Assembly (NCBI GenBank): GCA_958009085.1
Contig: OY253685.1
Location: forward strand, 744,001-808,000
Length of the DNA stretch: 64,000 nt
Direction: 5' to 3'
Source: Protoeuglena noctilucae
Lineage: Eukaryota
In this document: positions 36,301 through 48,875 of the stretch, one piece after another
How positions within the stretch are numbered: position 1 is the first letter of the stretch
How the letters are laid out: the number at the start of each line of letters is the position of its first letter
Notes under the pieces: generated by a model
What the model was told of the DNA's origin: nothing
Database searches by the model: none
What the model saw: the letters and a program-made list of their open reading frames with translations, nothing else
Translations under genes and position numbers: made by a program

Positions 36301-39300
36301 CACCGCCTCGGAAAAGGCTTGCGCGAGCGCCCTGGCCCCCGGGAGCCCCCCTGGCCACCCCCGCTGTCTCCACACCACCCTGCCACGCCGCGCCCGCGCT
36401 CCCCGCCGCCCTGGCCCCGCGGGGGTCCGAGGCAGCGAAGGCAGAGGACCTCCCCGAGGACATCTTGACGCTCGCGTCCCTACTGGGCTGCCGAGAGTGC
36501 CGTATCGATGCGCCCGGTCCCGGCGTGGCGGCCAGGGAGGGGACTTGCGGCGTGGCGAGGGCCTCTGCGGCCAGGTCTGACACGAGGGCGCCCATTCCGA
36601 CGGACGACACGCTGCGGCGCGCCACGAGGTCTCCGCGGCGGGAGTTGCCGGCGGAGGGAGACCGCGAGGGGTACCGCATGCCCAGACGCATCGCCTGCAC
36701 TACAGCGTCGTAGCTGCCGGGGCCGCCCTGCTGGAGCGTCCTGAGAGACCGCGAGGCGTCGCGCGTGAGCATCGACACGCCGCCGTCCGCCTCGTGCATG
36801 CTGCTGGACAGGCTGGCGCGGGATGCCGTCACGTCCGTCCGGTCCCCCGCCCCCACGCCCTCCGCTGCCGTCCCATCCCGGGCCGCCTGAGTCGCGGCGC
36901 GCACCACGGCGAGGAATTTGCTTCCCTGCGACCGCTGGCTGTTCGTGCGGGCCAGCGCCAGGCCTGGGAAGGCGCTCGTCGACCGCGCCAGGAAGGGCAT
37001 AGGGGCGCGGGTCGTGGTGTTGTTCCACGTGGGCAGGTCCCTGCCGTCCACGTCCGGGCCCTGGGAGCCGGGGGCAGCGACGCCGTCCAGCATGTTCTGC
37101 GGAGGTGGTTGCGATTGGGATGGGTGTGCGTGGGCATCCTGGTGCAGGTGTGTTGGTGCATGTTGTTGGAGCAGTCACCACGTGGGGGGCGTTCATCGCA
37201 GCATTTCAGGCAATCGTCGTGCAGTTTCCTCACCTGCGCCATCTGCCGCATGAGCAGTCCCTGCCAGCGGTTGGGCAGCTCCGAGTCCTGGCGTTTCATG
37301 GCATCCTCGACCCGAGTCAGGACCGACTGGGGGATGCGGCGGCTGGCGGAGAGACCCCGCAGCTCCGTCATCATGTTGCGCAGAGCAGTGTCGCGGACTT
37401 GCAGCAGCATCTCCGCCATGCGGGCCTGCGGGAAGACGCAAGCGGGGTTGCGGGTAAGACAAGTAGACACGTTGTGAGCCACTCTCAGCAGCTCTCACAG
37501 GTCCTATCGACAACAACAACTATCACAAGCCCACTCAATTAGCATCGCACTCATCCAACACTTTCCCACCCCCCTCCCACTCGCCTTCTTCTCCAGCCGA
37601 TCGATCGCCTCGACGTGCTCCTTCTTCATCCGCTCAATCTCCGCCCTCAGGCCCTCCAGTTCCTTCGTCAACGCCTCCTCGCTCTTGCCGGACATGCCCT
37701 TCCCCTCGGACTTGTAGTGCAGGCGCACGAGCGTGGCCCACAGCACGTCCGCCCCAAACGCCTCCAGGTCGGGGATCGTGCCGTCCCTCATGCCGTCATT
37801 CTCCAAAAACTGTTCCAAATTTTTCATCTTGAGCCGGAACTCCTCGGAGCCCATCATCTCGGCCAAGTTACGCTTGGGCTTGTTCTTGATGGCCGCAGCA
37901 CGGACGGCGTACTTGAGGGTGTTGAGTGACTCGTCGGTGTTGACGTCGGCGCATGACACGCAGGCGATGAAGAGCGTGCGGGAGGAGCCACCCAGGCTGT
38001 CCTGGAGCACGCGGGTCAGCTTCGAGTCCCTGTGGGGGAGCAGGAGGGGCAGGGGGATGTGGGAGCGACGGTCGTGGAGAGCGCGAGCGAGGTGTCTGCA
38101 AGTCGTGTGGACCGACAGGGAGCGCCAAGGCAGCGGTCAGGCCCGAGCATGTACAACAGAGCTTGCACAGCGTTGTAGCACTCGCCGGTAAGGCACATGG
38201 GACGCTTTCTTGGAGGAGAGGGCCTCGATGACGGCCCCGAGCACCAGCAGCCCCTTGTTGATGTTGATGCCCTCCTTGGCGCGCGCCCCAGTGGCGTTGG
38301 TGCGCTTGATGCGCTCGGATCCGGCCAGGTCGACCAAGTGCAGTTTGGACTCGGTGACGGTACCCTTGAGGACCAGGCGGACGATGACGGTGAAGATCGC
38401 GTGGGAGCGCGACGAGTGCACGTTCAGGTTCGTGCTCCCCACCGTCCGCGCGCGGAGACCGTTCTCGAACGCCGCCATCATGTCGGGCAACGAGTCCGCC
38501 TGCGGGCGCGGGGCTCGCAAAACGCCGCTCCAGGTGCTATGGTCAATCAGCGGCGTGTCCGCCAACCGGCAGCCAGCCGGCTGCGACGTGGGGCCCTTGC
38601 GGCCCAGTGCACGGCCGCTCCCCGCATCCTCGCCTTCGTCTCGAGCACTCCGTGCAGCACGACGCTCCCCTGCTCCTCGCGCATCGTGATGGGGGCCCTG
38701 GGCCGGGGCCCCTCCAGCGCCACCGCCAGCAGGTCCCGGAACTCCTCGTTGTAGATCTCCACGAAGGTGCAGGAGAGCGACAGGCTGTCGAACTTGTCCG
38801 GAATCGGCTCCGCCTTGCACCTGAACAGCTCCATGACCACGCGGGGCAGGATGCCCAGGTCCTGGGGCGGCACCTCCCCGATGACCTGGCCCGTGCCCAT
38901 CGTGTACGTCTTCCCGGACCCGGACTGCCCGTACGCCAGGATCGTCGCGTTGTAGCCCTCCAGCACCGCGTCCATCATCGGCCGAACACAGTCGTCGTAC
39001 AACGCGCTCTGCTTGGACGCCGGGCCGTACACGCCGCTGAAGCTGAACTTGCGCGTCGCGCTGCGCTGCGTGACCACGACCTGCGTGTTCCCCGTCGTCG
39101 TCACCGTCATCATCGACCCGCCCTGGGCGCAGTGGGATGGGCAGATGTGGCTCGGGGCGAGGACGTCGCAGCTGTGCCGCAAGCGCGCTCGGCAGCCGTG
39201 CGACGCGGCTGAGGAACGCCCGTGCACGCTCGGGAGGGACTCACCGCGATCTCGTACTGGATGAGCGGCCTCACGCGGCAGATGACCTGCACGCGCGTGC

Positions 39301-39523
39301 CATCGTCGTCGCCCTTGAGGGGGCTGGCCCCCGGGGAGCCCTTAAAGCTGTCGTCCAGGCCCATGCCAGGAGAAGACGCTTCCATCGACGTGTCGCCGTT
39401 GGCCGTCGCCGGGGTCCCTTCGCCCACAGACGCGCGCATGCTGCCCGAGGGGCCCGGGGACCACGCCTCGCGCGGGCCGGACCGCACCGCCTCCGGCGTG
39501 GATTGTCGCGTTCGCGATGTCAT
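30344..39523 (-). CDS. Kinesin-4 family (KIF4/KIF21/KIF27-like) N-terminal motor with coiled coil and very long disordered tail
   Basis: [33 protein letters not shown] (P-loop), [25 protein letters not shown] (switch I), LVDLAGSER (switch II), [35 protein letters not shown]. Tail ORFs 35363-37093, 32831-35113, 30748-31812 and 30344-30541 lie on the same strand, with matching phases at the junctions I checked. Confidence 0.9.
31717..31781. repeat. Intronic degenerate hexamer repeat (GAGGGT)n in a kinesin intron
   Basis: tgagggtgagggtgagggcgagggtagcagtgaaggtggctgtgagggtggcagtgagggtga. Confidence 0.6.
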
Positions 39524-40582
39524 CACGCCGCCCCGAGCATCCGCCGCCGAGCCGCGCGCGCCACGCGGACGGTGCCTCGCAATGCCTCACGTAGAAAAGG
39601 CTTCACGCGCGTCTCCAGTCCTCTGGTAGCCTAGCCCCGAAGCACGCGGTATGATAAACAACAAGAGATTCTCCTGCGGCGGGGACACAGGCGTTTTATG
39701 CTTGAGAGCGCAGCCAGGGGACTTCGCATGGTCGTTGCCCTGTCTCGCGCCTGAACACCGGAGTGCACGCGACGATGAGCTTATCGCAGAGACCAGGCGC
39801 GAAAGACCTGCCAGTGCGATGGCTGAGGACGCGCTCCGCGGCAAAGGGAGGGGCGCCCAGCTTGATGTGGCAGAGCGGCAGGGAAGCAAGAAATACCGGC
39901 GCGTGCATGGGCTGAGGGCACGCGCGCATGTCCTTTCGTGTAAGACGACAAGCCCGCTGACCCCAGAACACCACCATCGCGCTCGACAAGCTCGCGCGAG
40001 GGACGTGTGCCCAGGGCTCCCCGCCAACCGTAGGGCTGCCAACAGGCTCGGCGTTAGCCCCCACATCAAAATCTGTCAAATCATTCTGTTGTTGCGGCCA
40101 CGCTCACCAGCCACTGCATGCAACTAGATGTCCGGGCCGCTTTTGCGCCTAAGGTGGAGTTCTACGCCCCTAACATGAACCTAATCCGCATACAAACAGC
40201 TCTCAGTTCCGCATGCTCTCTGTCGGCGGGGCAGGGCTCAGTTCTTTTCGGCCTTAGGGCGCCAGCCCGCGTCAGGCTGTCTTCTTTAGTGCCTGGTATC
40301 ATCAGGCGGCCCCAAAGCGCTGCTTGCGCACAAGAAGCGCGAGAAGTGGTTTCGACGCGGCCTTCACCTGCCATCGTCGCTTCCACTCATCCTGTGCGCT
40401 TAGAGTGCTTACAGTGCTGGGCCTCCCCGCCCAGGCGTTGCTCGACCATCGCGAACGTCTCATTCCTTACCAGAGGCACCTGTTGAGCCACTGAATTACG
40501 CCATCGCGTGACTACATTCGCCCTCAGGGCCACGCATCATTTCGAGACCACGCCCTCGTGCGCCTGCCGTGATACCGGCGCG

Positions 40583-43500
40583 ATGAAGCGCGGCGCAGTC
40601 AAGAACATGGTGTTGTGGTGTGCGAGAGTGACTCGAGATGCGTCAGAGTCGCTGCCGGCGTCGGCTCAAGCCCGGCACACGTCGCACCAGTTCGCGAGCT
40701 CAACGGGCGAGGCAGATGCGTGGAGAGGGGGGTCCTCAGCTGCCCTCCTATCGCGCTCGCTCCGATGCGATCCTTACTTTCGCATCAGGACCGCTGCGCA
40801 CGTGCGCCGTCAGTGGTGCGCTGCGGCAGTCGGCGTCCGGTCCTTTTCCAGCACCGGGCCAGCCCAGCCCCAGCAGGGATCGAACTCGGATGCGAAGAAG
40901 GGAACCCGGCCCGCGGAGTCCGTCGCGGCTGACCCCAGCGCCCTGTGGACCTCCCCCGTCGACGCGGTGGGGGAGCGTGAGATCGTGGCCACGCTGGGGC
41001 GCTACCTGTGGCCCCACGAGGACGTCACGGGCACCAAGCCGCGAGTCGTTGGGGCCCTGGGACTCCTCGTCGGGTCCAAGGTGAGAAGGTGGCAGCTGGC
41101 AGCTGCGTGACCCACACTCACAACCGTCGCAGCGGTGGCATCCTTGACTCTCCCTCAAGCGTGCGGGCGGTGCCTTTTTCGCAGTTGGTGGGCGTCGCGG
41201 TCCCGTTCCTCTTCAAGTGGGCCGTCGACTGCCTGACTGGGGTGGGCATGGCCGATGCCCCCGCCATGGTCATCGGCCTCACGCCAGTCGGACTCATGGT
41301 CGGCTACGGGCTGGCCAGGGCCGCACAGGTGACCGCAGCGCCCACGTTTGTACCGCTGGGCATTCACAGCACCTCCACCTAAGCTGTCAGAGGGCCGATG
41401 TGCATGTCGCTTGCTGCCCTGGACGCATGACGCCCCTTGTCCTCACACCCACCTGACCCGCTCGCCTATCCCTTCGCTCGCCGCAGAGCGCGCTCAACGA
41501 GGGCCGCAACGCCCTGTTCGCCGCCGTGACCCAGCGCATCATCCGCCGCGTGTCGACCGAGTCGTTCCAGCACCTCCACTCCCTTGACCTCTCCTTCCAC
41601 CTCAGCCGCCGCACGGGGATGCTATCCAAGGCCGTCGACCGTGGCACCCGCGGAATCTCTTTCCTCCTCGGTGCCATGGTCTTCAACGTGGTCCCTACCG
41701 CCTTCGAGGTCTCTCTCGTCGCCACCATCCTCGCCATCAAGGTGCGGGGCTGTGTGGAGGAGTGGGGTGCTGACGTCATGGCGAACGTGGCGCATTTCTC
41801 TCGACTCTAGACACGGTTCTCTCACTCCCGGCGCATCACAGTGCGGACCGGCATTCGCTGCGCTGACTGCCGCGACCATCGGGGGGTATACCTGGTACAC
41901 GTTCGCGCTCACATCCTGGCGCACCAAGATCCGCCGGGAGATGAACCGATTCGACAACGAGGCGTCGGCTCGATCCGTGGACTCTCTGGTCAACTACGAG
42001 ACGGTCAAGTACTTTGGCAACGAGCGGCACGAGCTGAACAGGCGCGTGGGTCATGCGGGGCAGCGGGATGCGTACTTGCTTTGACAGACGGCCTGAGACG
42101 TGGTGGGAAGGGAATATGCTAGTAGGAGCAAGATGATTGATGATAGAACACAGCTCGTGGCTCTCTGCAGGTACGATGAGTCGTTGGCGGGGTACGAGCG
42201 GGGGGCGGTCAAGACGCAGCACTCGCTGGCCCTCCTCAACTTTGGCCAGCAGGCCATCTTCACGGCGGCTGTGACGGCCGCGATGGTCGGGGTCACGGGG
42301 GGCATCCAGGCCGGCGAGCTCACAGGCGAGGCACAGCGGCACGCGATGTTGCCACGTTACGTACTCCTCCCTTCAGGCCACTCTCTTACGGGCACGAGCA
42401 TGTGCAGCTCTCCAGCCAGCACTGTGGCCTTTCGCGCGATCTGCCGAGATGCATGCCCGTGAGCGTGTCACATGCTCTCACCTGGCCATCGACCCCCGCC
42501 GTGCTCTCAGTGGGTGACTTGGTCATGGTCAACACGCTGCTCCTGCAGCTGGCCATGCCGCTGCACTTCCTCGGCACCGTGTACCGGGAAACCAAGCAGA
42601 GCCTCACCGACATGGGCCACCTGTTTGCCATATTCAAACTCAAGCCCGCCGTGCAAGGTGCCACCACGCCTCTCTGCACTCCATGCGTCCCGATTCGGGA
42701 TCGCCGCCGGTCCTCTCGCAATACTGCTAGCATTTCACGCTGCAATACGCCATGCTTAGCTTCAAGAAGGCATGCCAGCGACGCTGGCCACGGGTCGCTT
42801 TTGTGCCGCAGACGCCGCTGACGCCGTCGACCTGATTCCCTCCCCCGGAGCCCACGGTTTGTCCCTCACGCTTTGCGACGTGCATTTCGGCTACCGTTCC
42901 GACCGCCCGACGCTCCAGGGTGTTGATATTCACGTTCCTGCTGGCACCAGCTGTGCTCTGGTGGGCACGAGCGGGAGTGGCAAATCCTCTGTGCTCCGCC
43001 TCCTCTTCCGCTTCTTCGATGCCGACCAGGGAGCCGTCCTGATCGACGGGCACGACGTCAGGTGACACCTGACCGCCCCGTGCATGCGCATCATGAGACG
43101 CATGCCGCACATCACGACTCATGTCTCTGCTGTCAGGAGAGACGGCCAGGTCTTGTAACTCAGTTCACATGCCGAGTGACTAACTGCGCGCCTCTGCGAC
43201 CCACATCACGCAGGGGACTCAAAGCCGAGTCCTTCCGCCGGCGTATGGCGGTCGTGCCGCAGGACATCGTCTTGTTCAATGACACCATCTTCTATAATAT
43301 CCACTACGGCAACATGGAGGCGACGGAAGAGGACGTCTACCGCGCCGCACGGTGAGAAGCCCGCTGTGCGTCCAACACCCACACTTGCCAACCCCCGACC
43401 TACCGACCCTCCCGTGTGCGCCGACCGCCCCCACCCATCCCCATCCCGTAATCCACTGTCTCTGCGGTCGCTTAGTGAGTGGGCCCATCACGTGCATGAC

Positions 43501-44237
43501 CGTTGGCCCTCTTCCCGCGTTCCCCAGGATGGCCGACATTCACGATCGGATCCTGTCAATGCCGGACGGCTACGCGACCGTCGTGGGCGAGAGGGGCCTC
43601 AAGCTGAGCGGGGGCGAGAAGCAGCGCGTGTCTCTCGCGCGTGCCTTCTTGAAGGACCCGGATGTGCTCCTGTGCGACGAAGCGACGTCGTCGCTCGACA
43701 CGCGGACCGAGCGGTGCATCATGGATCGCCTGCTGGACCGCCCCGGGGCCGCACAACGCACCACCGTGTTTGTCGCACATCGGCTGTCGACCGCGGCCAG
43801 GTGAGGGCGGGCAGGGCGCTCACCCTGTGCATCCCAGGTGTGTCACCATGGTACTCGTGCGCTCTGCAGCACTGGACACTCGCTTGTGCCTGGACGCTTT
43901 GTGCAAAATGACAATGCCAGCGCGTCACGCACCACATTGTCCATTCGTCCCCACACCTGGCTTCCCTCCCCGCAGATGCGACCAGATCATCGTGCTGGAG
44001 AACGGGCGTGTGGCTGAGTCAGGGTCGCACTTTGAGCTGTTGGCGCGAGGGGGGCGGTACGCGGAGTTGTGGGCTAAGCAAGCGCATGTGGATGATCTCG
44101 ACTCCTTGGAAGGCGGTGGTGGCAAGGCAGCGCAGGGGAGCGGTGGGGCAGGGGCCGGGAGCAATGGTGGAACAGGGGCGGGGACCAACGGGCATGGCGA
44201 GGGCGAGGGTGCGAGTTTGGGTGAGAGGATAGCCTAG
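40583..44237 (+). CDS. ATM1: Mitochondrial ABC half-transporter ATM1/ABCB7 (plant ATM3-like)
   Basis: Arg/Ser-rich presequence, [63 protein letters not shown], Walker [44 protein letters not shown]. Confidence 0.92.
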
Positions 44238-44543
44238 CGGTCATGGCTGCTGCGTGCTCCGAAGGGCGCGTCACTTGCGGGGGCATGTCTCGTGGCAGCT
44301 GTGGGTTGCTGTTTCAAGCGAGGGCTGTTAAATCATGTCTGTTAAAGGAAGTAGGCAAAGCAGAGGAGGCGGGACAGCGTGCAAGCGGTGCAAGCGGAGG
44401 CAGGCGTGGGTCCATGGTGGGTCGCGACAGGCACAAAACGCAGGCGGCGTGGCATCACCAAGGTGCGCGGGGAAAGGGCATGCCATCGCGAACGTGGTAG
44501 CAGGGAGGGAGGAACGAGTGGGGACGGCCATCCCGTGGCAGAC

Positions 44544-45523
44544 TCAGTCCGATAGGAATGCGGGCGTGAACAGGGACATGGCCAGGGCCATGCTGCAGAG
44601 GCGGGCGTCGACCTCGCAGTCCAGCTCCCGCTGCAGCGCGAGGAGCCTGTCGTAGAAACCCTGGCCGGCCGGGTTCGACCCGAGCGGGACCAAGTGCACG
44701 CGTATGAACTCCCCGTCGTCTAGATGCTGCTTCGGCGCGCAATTCCCGTCGGCGTCCCCGTCGATGTCGATTACGACCATCTGCATGTTGGCGTCGCTCA
44801 TTCCCGGGTCCGCGTAGAAGATCGGGCTCAGGTGGACCACGCGGCCGCTGCGGGAACGTCAGCACGCGGACGGTCGTGCAGGAGGAGCTTGCTGCCCATG
44901 CATGCGCGTGCGCGCGTGTCCCAACGCTCACCTGAAGCCCGTCTCCTCATGCAGCTCGCGCACCGCCGCGTCCTCCGCCTTCTCGGCCCCGTCCACAATG
45001 CCCGCGGGGAGCTCCAGGCAGACTTTCTCCAAGGGAGGGCGAAATTGCGAGACCAGCACCTGAGGAGAAGGACTTGGGTTCACTCGGGACCAGCGGTGGC
45101 TTGCCAGGACCCGCGACAGCGGCCGAGAGCGTGGAAATGGGCAAGCATGCAGGGCTGCCCCAGCGACCTGCCGCAGCCCCGCACCACGCAGTCCTCGTGG
45201 CCTTTCCGCCGAAGTCGTCCGAACACGGCGACGCCATCGACGTCCCCCCGTCGCGTGCTCCTCGAAGCGCATTCCCATTGCCGCTCCGTGCCCTTGGGGT
45301 CCACCCAGCGCAGTTTTTTCAGCTGCGATGGTGCGGTGCAAGTCATTGTCTGGCTTTTTTCGTGCTGCGCGGCAATGTGCCGGCGCAAACGCGCGTATCG
45401 GCGCTGTCCGGGCCCACGCATGCACGCATCCCGCGCCCTCGCCTGCAACCACCGGAACCCTGCGGGCGTGTGATCCTCCGTCGCCACGACTCGAGACTCC
45501 CCAGACTTCGGGGGCCCCTCCAT
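44544..45523 (-). CDS. Nudix hydrolase, ADP-ribose pyrophosphatase (NUDT5/YSA1-like)
   Basis: FRWLQ|LKKLRWVDPKGTERQWECASR...VDGVAV, LVSQFRPPLEKVCLELPAGIVDGAEKAEDAAVRELHEETGF (Nudix box), DPGMSDANM, QHLDDGEFIRV. Four exons. Confidence 0.88.
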
Positions 45524-46012
45524 CACGACCGGGGTCCTCGGAACGACCTGCAGCGCAAGCGAAGGGCTTCTCGAACCGGCTCCCCGAGACGCGGTATTTC
45601 CGTTTCCTGCAGAGCCTCGTTGGTATCCGACACGTGGAATGTCGCACCGGCGACGCTTCGCGCCATGAGAGCTTAGTTGCGTCAAGTCAGACCGACGAGT
45701 CACCGCTGGAACCCCGCCATGCGAGCCCCATATACTCCAAGTCTGCCAGTCATCGATCCATTTTCTTGCCCCACACCACACGCGTGCCTTCCCGGGCGCA
45801 CTCTCAGCGGCAGCAGGCTCGTTGCGAGTTGTTCGGCGCGCCTGAGGCTCCGTTGCCGCCACCCAGCGATCTATCACGATGCAGGTGATGGCTGCGAGCG
45901 CGGAGGAGCCCGCTTGTGGCTCCGGTGTCGCTCTCGAGAGCTTTGACCTACAAAGGTGGCTCTCTGCCCAGGCGGGGCACATCACCGCCCGCACCGTTTC
46001 GAGGAGCTAGAC

Positions 46013-48875
46013 ATGATATCGTTTGCCACGCGGAGGGGCTGTTTGCAGCCCGACACCCAGCGATCGAACGGGCCGCGGGTCTCGGAAGTCACAGAAACAT
46101 GGCCGCAGCTCGCCGGGGCGGACCGCTTCTCGGAGTGGCTGACAATAACATTGCAATTTACCTATGAGATCTGTCCATCAAGAGGGAAGCCGGAACCGTT
46201 GACCGCTCTGCTTCTATATCTGCAGCAATCCCTGCCCTGGACGCCATCCCAGGCACTACGTCCTGCCCGATGGCATGCCACGGCATCCTCGAGATATCGA
46301 GCGCGTTTGGCCGTGGCGCGGGCCGTGTCCTTCCCCTCTCGGCGCGCCGAACCCCTCGCCCCTGCGGACGCGGTGTCCCACCCTCTGCGCGACACGGAGG
46401 GCGCCTTCCCCGTCGCCAAGCATCCAGCCAAGCGCGTCTCTTCCCTGGCTTTCACGCGCGGGCTCCGGATCCTCTTCTTCGTCGAAGCACATAACGGGAT
46501 GTCCCAGGCAAGGCGCGCACATTTGCCCTCGCGGCCAGTGTCTTTCAATCACCCTTCTTGATTTGACTCTTCTGCTTCTCCCTCCCGCAGCGCCTGAAGC
46601 TCGAGGCCGAGCGCATGGGCCACCGCGTGCACGTGGAGCTGGCCCTGTCCGCCGATTCGATGCTGCACGCCTACGACGTCTACGCACCGGACCTGGTCGT
46701 GTGTCCCATCCTCAAGCGCCCGGTCCCCGAGGCCATCTGGGAGGCCACGGCCACGCCCGTGTGGATCGTGCACCCTGGGGTGGCGGGCGACCGTGGGCCC
46801 CACAGCATCGACTGGTGCGTGACGCGCAAGGACGCACGGTGGGGCGTCACGGTCCTCGAGGCCAGCGCAGAGATGGACGCGGGGCACGTCTGGGCCACCG
46901 AGGACTTTGACGTGCCCCCCGATGCGACCAAGTCGTACATCTACCGGTGCCTCGCCGTCCCGGCCGCCGCCCGGTGCCTCGCGAGGGCACTGCGGGCGCT
47001 CGAGTCCGGCGCAAGACCCACCCCGCAGCACCCCGGCATGCCCGGCACCCTCCGCCCTTCGATGGACTCACGCCGCGACCGCTCCGTCGATTGGGCCGCG
47101 CCCGCCATCGACGTCTGCCGGGTGGTGCGCGCCTCGGACAGCGCTCCGGGGGCCCGGTGCGTCCTCGGCGCCCCCCACGCACCCGACGCAGAGTACTTCG
47201 CCTACGGGGCCATCGTGGAGTCGGCGCCTCCCGCCGGCCTCTTGGCAGCCGTGCGCCCCGGGGACCTCCTGGCCCAGCGTGACGGCGCCGTGCTGGTGGC
47301 GGCGGGGGACGGCACGGCTTTGTGGCTCTCGCATTTGCGGCGGCCCAAGGCCCCCGGGGACACCGCGCGCCACATCAAGCTCAAGGCGACGGCTGTGCTG
47401 CCGCCCGCGGTCGCTGCTTCGCTGCCCACCCTCCCGGCACCCCCCCTGCGCGTGGAGCCGTTCGGGGCCCGCCCCGCGACGTGGCAGGAGGCGTGGTACG
47501 GCGTCAGCCCGGGCGGCGCGGCGGTGGTGCGGTGGGAGGTGCAGGGCGGGGCGTTCGGCCCCTCGCAGTGCGCCGGCATCCGCGAGGCCATCACCGCGGC
47601 GGTGGCGGACCCGGACACCCAGGTGCTGGTGCTGGCGGGGTCCCCGCAGGCCTTCAGCAACGGCATCGACCTGAACGGCGTGATGGCGAGCGCAGACCCC
47701 CCCTCGGCGGCGTGGGATGCCATCACGTCCATCAACGACCTCGTACGCGACATCTTCTCGGTCTCGCGCGTGCCGGTCGTGTCGGCCCTGGCGGGCGGCG
47801 CGGGGGCGGGCGGGGTCATGACGGCGCTCGCGGCCGACGCCGTGTGGGCGCATGGCGACGTGGTGCTGAATCCCCACTACCGCACCATGGGGCTGACGGG
47901 GTCCGAGTACTGGACCTACTTCCTGCCCCGCAAGTGCGGCGTGGCCATGGCCAGCGCCCTCACAGACGCGGCGCAGGTGAGGGGTAGTTGCAGGGGCTGG
48001 TTGGAGCTGGATGGCGTGGGCATGAGAGGGAGCGCAGCGGGGCTCGCTGGGTCCCTGATGCGTGCCGTCGCGTCTCTCAGACTTTGAGCGTCTGCATGGG
48101 CGGCGTGATGCGCTGGAAACCCTTACCCTTTGCGTCGTCCTCGCAGCCGATTCTGGCACCTGATGCGGCTGCCGTCCGTTTGGTGGACGCCGTGCTGACG
48201 CCGTCCCTGCCGGGCTTCATGGAAGAGGTCGTGCGGCGGGCCGAGGCGATGGCCGCGGGGCCCGAGGGCGCAGTTGTGGTTGCCAACAAGCGCGCGGTCC
48301 GCACCCCCGCATGGCACGCGAGCGTGGAGGAGCTGCGGGAGCAGGAGCTGGTGGCCATGCGGAGGTGAGAGTGGATGGGTGCTGATATGACTCCTGGTGC
48401 GACCGTCTTGGTGTGGCCTGGCGACGGCCTGGGTCGTCTCTTGCTTCTCTGACAGCCGTCGCTCGTGCTGACTGCTGCTGTTGGGAGCATGTCACAGCTG
48501 CATGCCTACCAATCCTGTCGCGTACCGTCACCCATCATGGTTACCCTCTCTGGTGCCGTCCTTCTCAGGTGCTTCTCTTCTGCTGTGTTCCTGGAGGCCG
48601 CCGACCGCTTCGTCCACAAGCACGCCGCCGACGCCACGCCCGACCACATCAACAGCGACCTGGCTGCGAGGCTGAGGGACCTCATCGCAAGGGCCAAGGA
48701 GCGCGCATCTGTCGCAGCGTCGCACGTGCGGCCCGTGTCCGTGACCCTGTCCTCTTCGGTTGAGTCTGACTGGGAGACGGTGCCAGAGTCCGACGCCATC
48801 GCCGGGGCCTTCGCGGCCGGGGCGGCGGTGCCGGGGGCCATGGCGGGGCCCTTCGAGGCGCCGCAGGACGCCTGA
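46013..48875 (+). CDS. hypX: HypX/HoxX-family protein (formyltransferase-like N-domain plus enoyl-CoA hydratase-like C-domain)
   Basis: LRILFFVEAHNGMSQ|RLKLEAERMGHRVHVE...PDLVVCPILKRPVPEAIW...IVHPGVAGDRGPHSIDW...WGVTVLEASAEMDAGHVWA...KSYIYR...RASDSAPGA...FSNGIDLN...INDLVRDI...AGAGGVMTALAAD...VLNPHYRTMGLTGSEYWTYFLPRKCG. Introns at 46508-46590 (GC-AG), ~47977-48146 and ~48365-48569. The start codon is uncertain (46013 or later). Confidence 0.9.

Noticed and set aside
9162..36580. Many long Pro/Ser-rich plus-strand ORFs (e.g. 13546-14721, 32769-34250, 34860-36167)
   Set aside because: They are antisense shadows of GC-rich minus-strand exons, where stop codons are rare.
39819..40033. Possible two-exon micro-gene MAEDALRGKG...KKYR|TPPSRS...
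   Set aside because: About 48 aa, needs a GC donor and has no recognisable homology, so it cannot be told from chance.
40140..40265. Short inverted repeat (gcgcctaagg...ccttagggcgc) with CCTAA motifs, considered as telomerase RNA or snoRNA
   Set aside because: No complete telomere template, no clear boxes and no Pol III promoter elements. An Infernal/Rfam search would be needed.
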